Notes: generated by a model not told the origin, from the letters alone. Counted from the stretch's first letter, positions 10,014-22,314 are shown. The stretch is 54,647 nucleotides of DNA from Bacillaceae bacterium (GCA_036516555.1 DATBUB010000339.1:1-54647), one strand, 5' to 3'. A program made the numbers and translations.

Positions 10014-11140
10014 AAAAGAAAACAAGGCTGATCCACGGAGGCATCAGCCGCGATCCATATACAGGCGCAGTCTCCATCCCAGTCTATCAGGCCAGCACAT
10101 TCAAGCAGGACGGCGTCGGCAATTTCAAATATGAATACGCGAGAACAGGCAATCCGACGAGGGAAGCGCTAGAGAAGCTCATTGCAGACCTGGAGGGAGG
10201 AGACCGCGGTTTTGCTTTTGGTTCTGGAATGGCTGCCATTACAGCCATCGTCCAGCTTTTTTCTTCGGGAGACCACCTAATCCTGACAGACGATGTGTAC
10301 GGCGGAACCTTCCGTGTCATGACAAAAGTTTTCAGCCGATTTGGCATTGAAGTCACGTTTGTCGATACAACTGATCTGGATGCGGTCAAAGCTGCCATTC
10401 GGGAGGAAACCAAAGCAATCTATGTCGAGACTCCAACGAATCCCCTGCTGAAAGTCACCGATTTAAAGGCCGTCAGCGTGCTTGCCAGAGAGCATGGCCT
10501 AATGTTCATTGTAGATAATACATTCAGCACGCCGTATTGGCAAAACCCGATTGAACTAGGGGCAGATCTTGTCCTGCACAGTGCAACCAAATATCTTGGG
10601 GGCCACAGCGATGTCGTGGCGGGTTTAGTAGTGGCGGCAGATGCTAAGCTGGGGGAGGAATTGCATTTTATCCAAAACTCAACGGGCGGCGTCTTGGGAC
10701 CCCAGGACAGCTGGCTTTTGATCCGGGGCATTAAAACGCTGGGGGTCAGGATGGAGGAAATCGAACAAAATACAAAGGCCATCGTGTCATTTTTGTCGAG
10801 TCATCCGGCGGTTGGGAAGGTTTATTATCCCGGGATTGACGGCCATCCGGGGCGCGAGGTCCATCAGTCCCAGGCAACCGGCTTCGGCGGGATGGTATCC
10901 TTTACGGTTGAAAGTGAAGAGAAAGCACTTGAGCTTGTCAAGAAAGTGAACTATTTTACACTTGCGGAGAGTCTTGGAGCGGTTGAGAGCCTCATTTCCA
11001 TACCCGCACTCATGACGCATGCCTCCATCCCAAGGGAAAGAAGGCTGGAGCTTGGAATTGAAGACGGGCTTGTACGGATCTCCGTCGGGCTTGAAGATGC
11101 AGAAGATCTGGTGCAGGATTTAAGCTCAGCTTTATCATAA
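10010..11140 (+). CDS. mccB: cystathionine gamma-lyase / homocysteine gamma-lyase (MccB-like)
   Basis: Cys/Met-metabolism PLP family with SATKYLGGHSDVVAG. ATGA start/stop overlap with mccA. Confidence 0.88.
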   Translation: MKKKTRLIHGGISRDPYTGAVSIPVYQASTFKQDGVGNFKYEYARTGNPTREALEKLIADLEGGDRGFAFGSGMAAITAIVQLFSSGDHLILTDDVYGGTFRVMTKVFSRFGIEVTFVDTTDLDAVKAAIREETKAIYVETPTNPLLKVTDLKAVSVLAREHGLMFIVDNTFSTPYWQNPIELGADLVLHSATKYLGGHSDVVAGLVVAADAKLGEELHFIQNSTGGVLGPQDSWLLIRGIKTLGVRMEEIEQNTKAIVSFLSSHPAVGKVYYPGIDGHPGREVHQSQATGFGGMVSFTVESEEKALELVKKVNYFTLAESLGAVESLISIPALMTHASIPRERRLELGIEDGLVRISVGLEDAEDLVQDLSSALS

Positions 11141-11142
11141 AC

Positions 11143-11175
11143 AAAAAATCCGGTTCAAAATGAACCGGATTTTTT
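11143..11175. terminator. bidirectional rho-independent terminator between mccB (+) and abrB (-)
   Basis: Perfect 15-bp stem aaaaaatccggttca / tgaaccggatttttt with loop aaa. A/T runs lie on both sides. Confidence 0.9.
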
Positions 11176-11182
11176 ATGTACC

Positions 11183-11461
11183 TTATTTTTTGAAAGCAGA
11201 TTCGATTTCTTTGATCAATTGGTCTGCACCTTCACGGCTAAGGACTAATTTTCCGCCTGCAAGCACAGCATTGTCGTCGGAAACATCGCCAGTGATATGG
11301 CAAGTCATGCTAGGCTTATATTTTTTTAGAATAATTTTTTCGTCGTCTACGTAGATTTCAAGAGCATCTTTTTCCTCAATGCCCAATGTGCGGCGAAGTT
11401 CAATCGGAATAACTACCCTTCCCAACTCATCAACTTTACGTACAATACCGGTCGATTTCAT
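11183..11461 (-). CDS. abrB: transition state regulator AbrB
   Basis: MKSTGIVRKVDELGRVVIPIELRRTLGI...ILKKYKP is near-identical to B. subtilis AbrB. The second ATG (11461) is 8 nt from AGGAG. The ORF is open to 11467. Confidence 0.96.
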   Translation of the reverse strand: MKSTGIVRKVDELGRVVIPIELRRTLGIEEKDALEIYVDDEKIILKKYKPSMTCHITGDVSDDNAVLAGGKLVLSREGADQLIKEIESAFKK

Positions 11462-11523
11462 TTTCATTTCTCCTCTCGATCATAAAAAAGTATATTAGTA
11501 TTTTTAATTTTTAATCGCCAATT

Positions 11524-11546
11524 TTCGACATTTTTTGGGATCGACT
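11524..11546 (-). promoter_or_regulatory. Spo0A boxes downstream of the abrB promoter
   Basis: The minus strand reads AGTCGAT (11546-11540) and a perfect TGTCGAA (11530-11524). They lie just downstream of the predicted -10, the arrangement known for Spo0A~P repression of abrB in B. subtilis. Confidence 0.6.
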
Positions 11547-11548
11547 TA

Positions 11549-11577
11549 ATCATACCAGTCATTCCCATAACCGTCAA
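11549..11577 (-). promoter_or_regulatory. sigma-A promoter of abrB
   Basis: Read on the minus strand: TTGACG (11577-11572), 17 nt, TGgTATGAT extended -10 (11557-11549). Confidence 0.6.
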
Positions 11578-11720
11578 TAAATTATTTCATACTCTTAAAA
11601 AAAAATTTATAACCCGCGTAGCATCAATGTTTAGAGGGGATTATGAGGAGGCTCCAGTTTTTTCTATTGGAAGAAATTTTGTTTCACCATACAAAACCCT
11701 ATGGAAGAAACTAAAGTTTA

Positions 11721-11749
11721 TTCGACAAATTTCTACTTAGCTTTCGACA
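11721..11749 (-). promoter_or_regulatory. pair of perfect Spo0A-box heptamers in the abrB-metS intergenic region
   Basis: TTCGACA on + (TGTCGAA on -) at 11721-11727 and 11743-11749, 22 bp apart (two helical turns). The target promoter is unclear. Confidence 0.4.
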
Positions 11750-11825
11750 CGCATTGCAAAATAGGAGCAAGCGATTTGCCTAAGTTGCGGAATCGGGAAA
11801 TATCACGTATATTTTGAAGATATAA

Positions 11826-13886
<2,061 letters not shown>

Positions 13887-13937
13887 ATTTAATGTAATGG
13901 AATATTCAGAAAAATTGAACCAACCTTAGCGCTATAT

Positions 13938-13990
13938 GGGGAGAGGGCGAAATTATATCAATTTCAGCTCTCTCTCTATGTTATTTTTTT
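13938..13990 (+). terminator. probable rho-independent terminator after metS
   Basis: Long imperfect hairpin gggagagggcgaaatt / aatttcagctctctc followed by TTATTTTTTT. Confidence 0.5.
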
Positions 13991-14064
13991 GTAATAGAAA
14001 TGTTAGTGTGCTGTGATAAATGTTACGAAATTATGGCGTATACTCTATAAAGGAGAAATAGACT

Positions 14065-14832
14065 ATGCTATTCGATACACATGTCCATCTAAATGACGCA
14101 CAATTCGAAGAAGATTTGGAAGAAGTGATCCGCCGCGCACAGTCAGCAGGAGTTAAAAACATGACAGTGGTCGGATTCGACAGGAAGACGATTGAAAGAG
14201 CTTTGGAATTGGTGGAAGAGTATGATTTTCTTTACGCGAGTGTTGGCTGGCATCCAGTGGATGCAATCGACATGAAGGAGGAGGATCTTGTATGGATTGA
14301 GGAGCTTGCCGCTCATCCGAAAGTGGTGGCCCTTGGTGAAATGGGGCTTGACTATCATTGGGATAAGTCGCCAAAGGATATCCAGCAAGAAGTATTCCGA
14401 AAGCAAATCCGCCTTGCAAAGAAGCTGAAAATGCCCATCATCATACATAATCGAGACGCTGCACAAGACATAGTAAACATACTGAGAGAAGAAGAGGCCT
14501 CCGAAGTGGGAGGCATCATGCACTGCTTCAGCGGAAGCGTGGAAATTGCAAAAGAATGCATGGAAATGAATTTTTACATTTCGTTGGGCGGCCCGGTTAC
14601 ATTCAAAAACGCCAAGAAGCCCAAAGAGGTGGCACAAGAGGTGCCCATGGACCGTTTGCTCATTGAAACGGACTGTCCGTATCTGGCTCCCCACCCCAAC
14701 AGAGGAAAACGGAACGAGCCTGCCTATGTAAGGCTGGTGGCGGAACAGATCGCCGAACTTAAGGGGATTTCCTTGGAAGAATTGGCCGAAGCCACAACAA
14801 GAAATGCAAAAAAAGTGTTCGGCATCAGATGA
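14065..14832 (+). CDS. yabD: TatD family metal-dependent DNase/hydrolase (YabD)
   Basis: MLFDTHVHLND..., GEMGLDYHW, IHNRDA, ETDCPYLAP are TatD signature blocks. Confidence 0.93.
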   Translation: MLFDTHVHLNDAQFEEDLEEVIRRAQSAGVKNMTVVGFDRKTIERALELVEEYDFLYASVGWHPVDAIDMKEEDLVWIEELAAHPKVVALGEMGLDYHWDKSPKDIQQEVFRKQIRLAKKLKMPIIIHNRDAAQDIVNILREEEASEVGGIMHCFSGSVEIAKECMEMNFYISLGGPVTFKNAKKPKEVAQEVPMDRLLIETDCPYLAPHPNRGKRNEPAYVRLVAEQIAELKGISLEELAEATTRNAKKVFGIR

Positions 14833-14999
14833 CAAGAAATCGTGTCTTACCATGAAAAAGCCTGTCTTATCTTTAACAGTTTCTAGCAAGTTCTACAAAC
14901 TTTTACTTCTTCGCAGCAAAACGATGTCGACAACTCTCTCTTTCCTTTTTGGCGGGAGCTGTGCATAATGATGCGTAACTCACCAAAAAAGGCTATGAG

Positions 15000-15029
15000 T
15001 TGACAGCCGATGAACATTGTTTATATAAT
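15000..15029 (+). promoter_or_regulatory. sigma-A promoter of yabE
   Basis: TTGACA (15000-15005), 18 nt, TATAAT (15024-15029), about 28 nt upstream of the yabE ATG. Confidence 0.6.
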
Positions 15030-15057
15030 CTCTCGGGAGAAGAAGGAGGCGTGTTTT

Positions 15058-16284
15058 ATGAACGCGGAACCCAGGTACGGCTCCATGTTTCCAACATTGA
15101 GCCGCAAAAAGATAGGACTTATTATTGCCAGTTTCATAGTGTTTGCCGCTACTTTGGGCATCCTGATATACGAGGGTACGAAGAAAACGGTGGCCGTTAC
15201 CGTTGACGGCGAAAAGATGGTGGTGAAGACCCACGCAAAAACGATTGCCGATATATTGGAAGATCTGAACGTCAGCGTGAAGAAAGATGATTACTTGTCC
15301 CATCCGCCAGAAACGCAAATCAAGAACGAGCTTGCCATCGTTTGGGAGCCTGCCAAGCAGGTGGAAATCCAAAACGGGGATGAGGGGCATAAAATATGGA
15401 CTACGGCCAAAACGGTTGAAGAACTGCTGGCCGACCAGGACATCACCCTGTCCGAACATGATAAAATCAATTTTTCGCTTCAAGACAGAATCTCTGACAA
15501 TATGAAACTCGATATAGAGCGTGCTTTCCCTCTCGTCCTGAATAACGGGGGCAGCGAGGAAAAGGTATGGGCAACTTCGACTACGGTCGCTGACTTTTTA
15601 AAGCAACAGGGAGTTACACTCGACAAATTGGACCGTGTAGAACCAGGACTGGATGAACAAGTGAAGCCGGACGGCGTCATTAACGTTATACGCGTAGAAA
15701 AAGTCACCGATGTAGTGGAAGAACCGATTGATTTTGCAGTGGTTACCAGAAAAGATGCAAGCATGTCCAAAGGCTCCGAAAAAGTGGTCCAGCAGGGACA
15801 AAAGGGGCTTCTGAAGAAAGAATTTGAAGTCACAAAGGAAAATGGCAAAGAAGTGGCCAGGACCCTTGTTTCAGAAAGCAAACTGCGGGAAAGCCAGGAT
15901 AAAGTCATCGCTGTAGGCACCAAAGTCATCACGGCCCAGGTGTCCAGAGGCAAAACGGCAGCAGCGGCAGTTCAAACAAGCGCACCTGCTGGCGGCAAAG
16001 AATTCTATGTAAGTGCTACGGCATACACAGCTTATTGCAACGGATGCTCCGGCGTGACCTCAACAGGCATCAATCTCCGTGCCAACCCGAATGTAAAAGT
16101 CATTGCAGTCGACCCAAGTGTGATTCCGCTTGGAACGAAGGTATGGGTGGAGGGCTATGGTTATGCCGTCGCGGGAGATACAGGCGGAGCGATCAAGGGA
16201 CATCGTATCGATGTGTTTGTTCCTTCAAAAGAACAAGCCTACCGCTTTGGATCCAAACGTGTAAAAATCAAAATTTTAAATTGA
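15058..16284 (+). CDS. yabE: cell-wall-associated protein YabE (N-terminal TM, DUF348 repeats, G5 domain, C-terminal 3D/RlpA-like domain)
   Basis: The C-terminus ATAYTAYCNGCSG.TSTGINL...IAVDPSVIPLGTKVWVEGYG...DTGGAIKGHRIDVF is the 3D domain. The ATG at 15058 has AAGGAGG 8 nt upstream. The ORF is open from 15010. Confidence 0.9.
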   Translation: MNAEPRYGSMFPTLSRKKIGLIIASFIVFAATLGILIYEGTKKTVAVTVDGEKMVVKTHAKTIADILEDLNVSVKKDDYLSHPPETQIKNELAIVWEPAKQVEIQNGDEGHKIWTTAKTVEELLADQDITLSEHDKINFSLQDRISDNMKLDIERAFPLVLNNGGSEEKVWATSTTVADFLKQQGVTLDKLDRVEPGLDEQVKPDGVINVIRVEKVTDVVEEPIDFAVVTRKDASMSKGSEKVVQQGQKGLLKKEFEVTKENGKEVARTLVSESKLRESQDKVIAVGTKVITAQVSRGKTAAAAVQTSAPAGGKEFYVSATAYTAYCNGCSGVTSTGINLRANPNVKVIAVDPSVIPLGTKVWVEGYGYAVAGDTGGAIKGHRIDVFVPSKEQAYRFGSKRVKIKILN

Positions 16285-16324
16285 ATGACGCTTGAAACAG
16301 TGTTAAATATATATACAAAGTGGA

Positions 16325-16352
16325 GCAGAGGGTGAACCCTCTGCTTTTTTCC
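16325..16352 (+). terminator. rho-independent terminator after yabE
   Basis: Stem gcagaggg / ccctctgc with loop tgaa, followed by a T-run at 16345-16350. Confidence 0.85.
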
Positions 16353-16550
16353 TTTTACGGGCAAAGAGGGGTATAATGATACCAATCCCAAACAACTGCG
16401 AGTCACCCAACGGGCGGGTGCTGAACGTTCCCTCGGTCTTCCGGAACCTGATCCGGAACCGAAAGACCTATGGGTTTCAACAGGGGGAAACTGTCTCTAT
16501 ACCATTAGACGTTTCATGTGCCCATTATGTTTCATGTTTCTGGAGGTAAA

Positions 16551-17989
<1,439 letters not shown>

Positions 17990-18069
17990 AACAAACACAA
18001 TCCGGCGGGCGGCTGCATAGCCTGTGACAGAGGAATATATTATTCTGCTGTTCATTGGAGTTGACGACC

Positions 18070-18945
18070 GTGATTGAAGTCAATACGATTGTCGGCCGCT
18101 TGTCCCATCAATGTGATATTTTATTCCGGGTCATCGAGATCACGGAGATGAACGGTCAAAAAATAGCCATGTTAAAAGGTGAGGATTACCGGCTTGTCGC
18201 CGATGCCCCTCTCGATGATCTTGTTGTCATTGCAGGGGACGAACAATACCGGAGATCTTCGGAAGTCCGCTTTCTTGAGGAACAGTCCCTGGAGCTGTTT
18301 CGCCAGGACATTGACCTGCTTCGCCTTGAGCAGGAATATAAGGCGACAGAGGGCTATAAAATCGAGAGAAGCTACTTCCAGATGCCGGGCCGCATCCTCC
18401 ACTTGGATGGCGATCCGTCTTATTTAAGAAAATGTCTTGATTTATACGAGAAGATTGGTGTCACTGTCTATGGGATTCATTGCAGCGAAAAGGAAATGTA
18501 CTTGAGGGTGGGGGCCCTTATTGATGAGTACCGCCCTGATATTCTGGTCATCACGGGCCACGATGCCTATTCAAAGGCAAAGGGAAAAAAAACCGATTTG
18601 AATGCATACCGGCATTCCAAATACTTTGTTGAGACGGTCCGGGAAGCCAGGAAAAAAATCCCGAACCTCGATCAGCTGGTTATTTTTGCGGGGGCCTGTC
18701 AATCACACTTTGAATCCCTCATCCTGGCGGGGGCGAACTTTGCCAGCTCTCCGCTCCGTGTGAACATCCATGCTCTGGACCCGGTCTATATTGTATCCAA
18801 GATCAGTTATACCCCATTCATGGAGCGGATCAATGTATGGGATGTGCTCCGAAACACGCTTACGGGGGATAAAGGTCTCGGCGGAGTGGAAACGAAGGGC
18901 GTCCTCCGTACGGGAATGCCTTTCAGGCCGGTGGAGGATGAATAA
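18070..18945 (+). CDS. yabG: sporulation-specific protease YabG
   Basis: ...IVGRLSHQCDILFRVIEI... and ILVITGHDAY, ACQSHFESL match the YabG peptidase family. Start is GTG 18070 (GGAG 8 nt upstream) or TTG 18055. Confidence 0.9.
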   Translation: MIEVNTIVGRLSHQCDILFRVIEITEMNGQKIAMLKGEDYRLVADAPLDDLVVIAGDEQYRRSSEVRFLEEQSLELFRQDIDLLRLEQEYKATEGYKIERSYFQMPGRILHLDGDPSYLRKCLDLYEKIGVTVYGIHCSEKEMYLRVGALIDEYRPDILVITGHDAYSKAKGKKTDLNAYRHSKYFVETVREARKKIPNLDQLVIFAGACQSHFESLILAGANFASSPLRVNIHALDPVYIVSKISYTPFMERINVWDVLRNTLTGDKGLGGVETKGVLRTGMPFRPVEDE

Positions 18946-18968
18946 ACAGACGAAATCCCATTATTTTA

Positions 18969-19005
18969 AAAAGCATTGGGCCGCTGAAAAAGGCCGATGC
19001 TTTTT
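18969..19005 (+). terminator. rho-independent terminator after yabG
   Basis: Imperfect stem aaaagcattgggcc / ggccgatgcttttt with a T-run. Confidence 0.6.
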
Positions 19006-19130
19006 GCATTTTCTCCCTTTACATATTCCAAAAAAAGAGGGACATACTAAAAATGTTGTAAAATCGGTCATTTTGTTGATAAAAAGTCATTGACAAGGAA
19101 TTGAGTTCACTGATAAAATAATAAATTTAT

Positions 19131-19159
19131 TTGACGATTTTACCACACTGTGTTATAAT
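19131..19159 (+). promoter_or_regulatory. sigma-A promoter of veg
   Basis: TTGACG (19131-19136), 17 nt, TGtTATAAT (19151-19159). A second TTGACA-17-TAAAAT lies upstream at 19090-19118, consistent with the known strong or dual veg promoter. Confidence 0.7.
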
Positions 19160-19182
19160 AAAAATCAGTGAGGTGGAGCGAA

Positions 19183-19452
19183 ATGCCAAAAACATTAGCA
19201 AGCATTAAAAAATCCCTTGATTCAAACTTGGGTAAGAGATTAATGTTAAAAGCCAATGGAGGCCGCAGAAAGACAATTGAACGTTCTGGGGTTTTGGCAG
19301 AAACTTATCCATCGGTTTTTGTCATCGAATTAGACCAGGAGGAAAATGCCTTTGAGCGTGTTTCCTACAGCTATGCAGATGTACTTACTGAAACGGTTGA
19401 ACTTACTTTCTACGAAGATACAGCAGGAAACTTAGCCTTGGGGCAGCAGTAA
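19183..19452 (+). CDS. veg: biofilm/sporulation-associated protein Veg
   Basis: [52 protein letters not shown]... is near-identical to B. subtilis Veg. GAGGTGGAG RBS. Confidence 0.96.
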   Translation: MPKTLASIKKSLDSNLGKRLMLKANGGRRKTIERSGVLAETYPSVFVIELDQEENAFERVSYSYADVLTETVELTFYEDTAGNLALGQQ

Positions 19453-19482
19453 ACATACGACATGTTTACTGCTTTTTATTTT
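19446..19482 (+). terminator. rho-independent terminator after veg
   Basis: Perfect 11-bp stem gcagtaaacat / atgtttactgc with loop acgac, followed by TTTTTATTTT. It overlaps the veg stop codon. Confidence 0.85.
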
Positions 19483-19569
19483 GTCCTTTTTTGGCGGACC
19501 AGAAAATCCCTCTATATAACAGAGCCTTTTGCCCACACTATAAAGGCGGGCAGCAAAGGGGGAATTGCT

Positions 19570-19749
19570 TTGGGGCGAAGAAGAGGGGTCATGTCGGATC
19601 AATTGAAGGAAGAATTGGCTAAAGAGCTTGGTTTTTATGATGTGGTCCAGCAGGAAGGCTGGGGCGGAATAAAAGCAAGAGACGCAGGAAACATGGTAAA
19701 GAGGGCCATTGAAATGGCGGAGCGTCAGCTGGCCGGTCGACAATCGTGA
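19570..19749 (+). CDS. sspF: alpha/beta-type small acid-soluble spore protein SspF
   Basis: (L/M)[50 protein letters not shown] parallels B. subtilis SspF. TTG at 19570 has AAAGGGGGA 7 nt upstream. An alternative ATG is at 19591. An upstream CTATA-17-CACACTA is a weak sigma-G-like promoter. Confidence 0.88.
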   Translation: MGRRRGVMSDQLKEELAKELGFYDVVQQEGWGGIKARDAGNMVKRAIEMAERQLAGRQS

Positions 19750-19797
19750 AGAATGAGGAACCTTAAAGCCTGAAGTCAATCAATTATCCTGCCCGCC

Positions 19798-19826
19798 AAG
19801 CCGAAGCATACGCTTCGGCTTTTGCC
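19798..19826 (+). terminator. rho-independent terminator after sspF
   Basis: Perfect stem aagccgaagc / gcttcggctt with loop atac, followed by TTTGCCTTT. Confidence 0.75.
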
Positions 19827-19953
19827 TTTATTCCAATTAAAACCTTCACTATTAACCAAAAAAGGACATAAATCTTGACAGAGGTTTCTGTCCAGAAAGG
19901 TTTCGTGGTAAAATGGGAAAAATAAAGAGATGGAAGACAAGCAGGTGAGAGCA

Positions 19954-20808
19954 TTGAGATTATTGATGAAGGCGCCGGCCAAGATAAACCTGTCCTTGGA
20001 TGTCCTCGGGAAACGTCCGGACAATTATCATGAGGTCGAAATGGTCATGACGACCATTGACCTGGCCGATCGCATCGAATTAAGAGAGTTGAGGGAAGAC
20101 CATATCCAGATCATTTCCCATAACCGTTTTGTTCCGGATGATCAGCGCAATCTGGCCTTTCAGGCGGCCAAATTGTTGAAGGAGCGCTATGAGGTGAAAA
20201 AGGGTGTGGCCATTTCCATCGATAAAATCATTCCTGTAGCGGCCGGGCTGGCGGGGGGAAGCAGCGATGCAGCCGCCACCTTAAGGGGATTGAATGAGCT
20301 TTGGGGGCTGAATCTGCCGTTGGATGAATTGGCGGAATTAGGTTCGGAAATCGGATCGGATGTGTCTTTTTGTGTATACGGCGGGACAGCATTGGCTCGA
20401 GGCCGCGGTGAAAAAATAACAAGGCTTCCCGCACCTCCGAATTGCTGGGTGATTTTGGCCAAGCCTTCTATCGGGGTATCAACAGCGGATGTGTACCGAA
20501 ACCTGAATGTGTCCAGTGTGAAGCATCCTGACACGGAAGCGATGGTGAGGGCGATAGAGAACCAACGGTATGAAGACATTTGCCGCAATATGGGAAATGT
20601 GCTTGAAAGCGTGACGCTGAAAATGCACCCTGAGGTCCTCCAAATCAAAGAACAGATGGAGAGGTTTGGAGCGGATGCTGTGCTGATGAGCGGAAGCGGG
20701 CCGACGGTATACGGTCTTGTCCAGCATGACTCCAGGCTGCAGCGCATATATAACGGATTGCGGGGTTTTTGCGGCCAGGTATTTGCCGTCAGGATGCTAG
20801 GCGAGTAG
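19954..20808 (+). CDS. ispE: 4-diphosphocytidyl-2-C-methyl-D-erythritol kinase
   Basis: [12 protein letters not shown]...YHEVEMVM and the GHMP motif [15 protein letters not shown]. The start is ambiguous (ATG 19930, GTG 19945, TTG 19954). TTG 19954 gives [10 protein letters not shown], parallel to B. subtilis MRILEKAPAK. Confidence 0.93.
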   Translation: MRLLMKAPAKINLSLDVLGKRPDNYHEVEMVMTTIDLADRIELRELREDHIQIISHNRFVPDDQRNLAFQAAKLLKERYEVKKGVAISIDKIIPVAAGLAGGSSDAAATLRGLNELWGLNLPLDELAELGSEIGSDVSFCVYGGTALARGRGEKITRLPAPPNCWVILAKPSIGVSTADVYRNLNVSSVKHPDTEAMVRAIENQRYEDICRNMGNVLESVTLKMHPEVLQIKEQMERFGADAVLMSGSGPTVYGLVQHDSRLQRIYNGLRGFCGQVFAVRMLGE

Positions 20809-20831
20809 TGTATTGTTCATCCCTCCTTGCC

Positions 20832-20878
20832 AATATCCGGACAATAAGTTATCATTTACAGTAAAATATTCGCATATT
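20832..20878. promoter_or_regulatory. candidate inverted PurBox pair (PurR autoregulation)
   Basis: AATATCCGGACAAT (20832-20845) and the inverted AATATGCGAATATT (complement of 20865-20878). Both resemble the PurBox AWWWCCGAACWWT as I recall it, with 1-2 mismatches each, directly upstream of purR. Confidence 0.4.
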
Positions 20879-20899
20879 GGTTGTGCAGGAGGGTACGAA

Positions 20900-21733
20900 A
20901 TGAAATTTCGCCGCAGTGAGCGGATCATTGACATGACTCATTATTTAATGAATCACCCCCGCGAGCTTGTGTCGCTGACCTATTTTTCACAGAGGTATAA
21001 TTCGGCTAAGTCCTCTATCAGTGAGGACTTGGGCATCATTAAACATACATTTGAATATCAGGGGATCGGCGTACTGCAAACTCTTCCCGGTGCAGCCGGA
21101 GGGGTAAAATACATCCCGAAGGTGAAAGAGGATCAGGCAAGGGAGTTTGTCGACAGCCTCTGTAAACGGATGGCCGATCCTGATAGGCTGCTTCCAGGGG
21201 GCTATTTATTCCTGATGGATCTTTTGGGCGATCCTCAGATACTGAATGAAGTAGGGAGGCACCTTGCTTCCGCTGTTTCCGACAGGGACATTGATGTAGT
21301 CATGACGGTGGCAACCAAGGGGATTCCCATTGCCCAGGCCGTTGCCGCCCATTTGAGTGTGCCTTTTGTTGTCGTCAGGCGGGACAGCATTGTCACTGAG
21401 GGATCAACGGTCAGCATCAACTATGTGTCCGGCTCATCCAAACGTATCCAGACGATGGCTCTTTCGAAAAGGAGCCTGAAGGAAGGCGCCCGTGTGCTGA
21501 TTGTCGATGACTTCATGAAAGCGGGAGGAACCGTAAACGGCATGATTAATTTGCTGGAGGAATTTAATGCATCTGTGGCAGGCATTGCGGTACTGGTTGA
21601 GTCGGAATACCAGGAAGAGCGCCTTGTCGATGATTATATTTCTTTGGTAAAATTGACCGACGTAGACATGAAACAAAAAAAGATCAATGTCGTAAAAGGA
21701 AATTATTTTTCCGGTATGACCAAATTTCTGTAA
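20900..21733 (+). CDS. purR: purine operon repressor PurR
   Basis: [20 protein letters not shown]...SKSSISEDL plus a PRT-type C-terminal domain ([13 protein letters not shown]). AGGAGGG RBS. The ORF is open from 20813. Confidence 0.96.
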   Translation: MKFRRSERIIDMTHYLMNHPRELVSLTYFSQRYNSAKSSISEDLGIIKHTFEYQGIGVLQTLPGAAGGVKYIPKVKEDQAREFVDSLCKRMADPDRLLPGGYLFLMDLLGDPQILNEVGRHLASAVSDRDIDVVMTVATKGIPIAQAVAAHLSVPFVVVRRDSIVTEGSTVSINYVSGSSKRIQTMALSKRSLKEGARVLIVDDFMKAGGTVNGMINLLEEFNASVAGIAVLVESEYQEERLVDDYISLVKLTDVDMKQKKINVVKGNYFSGMTKFL

Positions 21734-21746
21734 GGGAGAGATAGAG

Positions 21747-22121
21747 ATGCACAACATTTCAACAGATAAAGCGCCAGCCGCAATCGGCCCATATTCCCAG
21801 GGAGTCATCGTAAACAATATGTTCTACAGTTCCGGGCAGATTCCGTTGAGGGCAGATGGAACACTTGTGACAGGAGATGTCGTAGAACAGACACACCAGG
21901 TATTCCGGAATCTCCATGCCGTTCTCGAAGAAGCCGGTGCATCATTCGAAACAGTGGTGAAGGCCACGGTGTTTATCAAGAATATGGATGATTTTTCGGC
22001 AATCAACGAAGTATACGGAGAATATTTTTCATCCCATAAACCTGCCCGCTCCTGTGTCGAGGTTGCGCGCTTGCCTAAGGACGTCCTCGTAGAAATTGAA
22101 GTCATAGCCTTAGTAAAATAA
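21747..22121 (+). CDS. yabJ: RidA family enamine/imine deaminase (YabJ)
   Basis: [11 protein letters not shown]...SGQIP...[19 protein letters not shown] is the canonical YjgF/RidA signature. 124 aa. Confidence 0.95.
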   Translation: MHNISTDKAPAAIGPYSQGVIVNNMFYSSGQIPLRADGTLVTGDVVEQTHQVFRNLHAVLEEAGASFETVVKATVFIKNMDDFSAINEVYGEYFSSHKPARSCVEVARLPKDVLVEIEVIALVK

Positions 22122-22133
22122 TGAAAACAAACC

Positions 22134-22167
22134 ACAAGCGGAGGTGCAGACTCCGCTTGTTTTTTTA
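22134..22167 (+). terminator. rho-independent terminator after yabJ
   Basis: Perfect 10-bp stem acaagcggag / ctccgcttgt with loop gtgcaga, followed by a T7 run. Confidence 0.88.
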
Positions 22168-22244
22168 TGTCCAGCGGCTTAAAATCCGCTTTTCAAAAAA
22201 ATAAACCACTATTACGTAAAAATTTAAAAATTTTTACAACTAAA

Positions 22245-22273
22245 GAAGGAGATTCTCAATTTTTGTTGAATAC
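22245..22273 (+). promoter_or_regulatory. sigma-H promoter of spoVG
   Basis: gaAGGAgat (22245-22253), 11 nt, gttGAATac (22265-22273). This fits RnAGGAwWW-11/12-RnnGAATww. An A/T-rich tract lies upstream, as at B. subtilis spoVG. Confidence 0.6.
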
Positions 22274-22314
22274 TTACATATGATTCTATCTAGAAGCAGA
22301 AGGTGGTGAGCACA

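Noticed and set aside
11643-11714. 23-codon mini-ORF (MRRLQFFLLEEILFHHTKPYGRN) in the abrB-metS spacer.
   Set aside because: The SD-like GAGGGG is only 2-4 nt from the ATG. The ORF is too short to support without conservation or expression data.
14833-15057. c-di-AMP (ydaO-type) riboswitch upstream of the cell-wall gene yabE.
   Set aside because: A near-consensus sigma-A promoter sits only about 28 nt from the start codon, and none of the conserved ydaO motifs (GGGGACCCA, CCGAACCCG...) are present.
16416-16456. Fragments resembling a TPP (THI-box) riboswitch in the rnmV leader: GGGTGCTGA...CCC...GAACCTGATCCGG.
   Set aside because: Only the GGGTGC and ACCTGATCCGG strings match. There is no P3 hairpin and no CTGAGA. 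The pyrophosphate-sensor helix (..GGATAATGCCAGCGTAGGGA) is missing. The match to ACCTGATCCGG is explained by a local direct repeat of the palindrome TCCGGAAC. The downstream genes have no link to thiamine.
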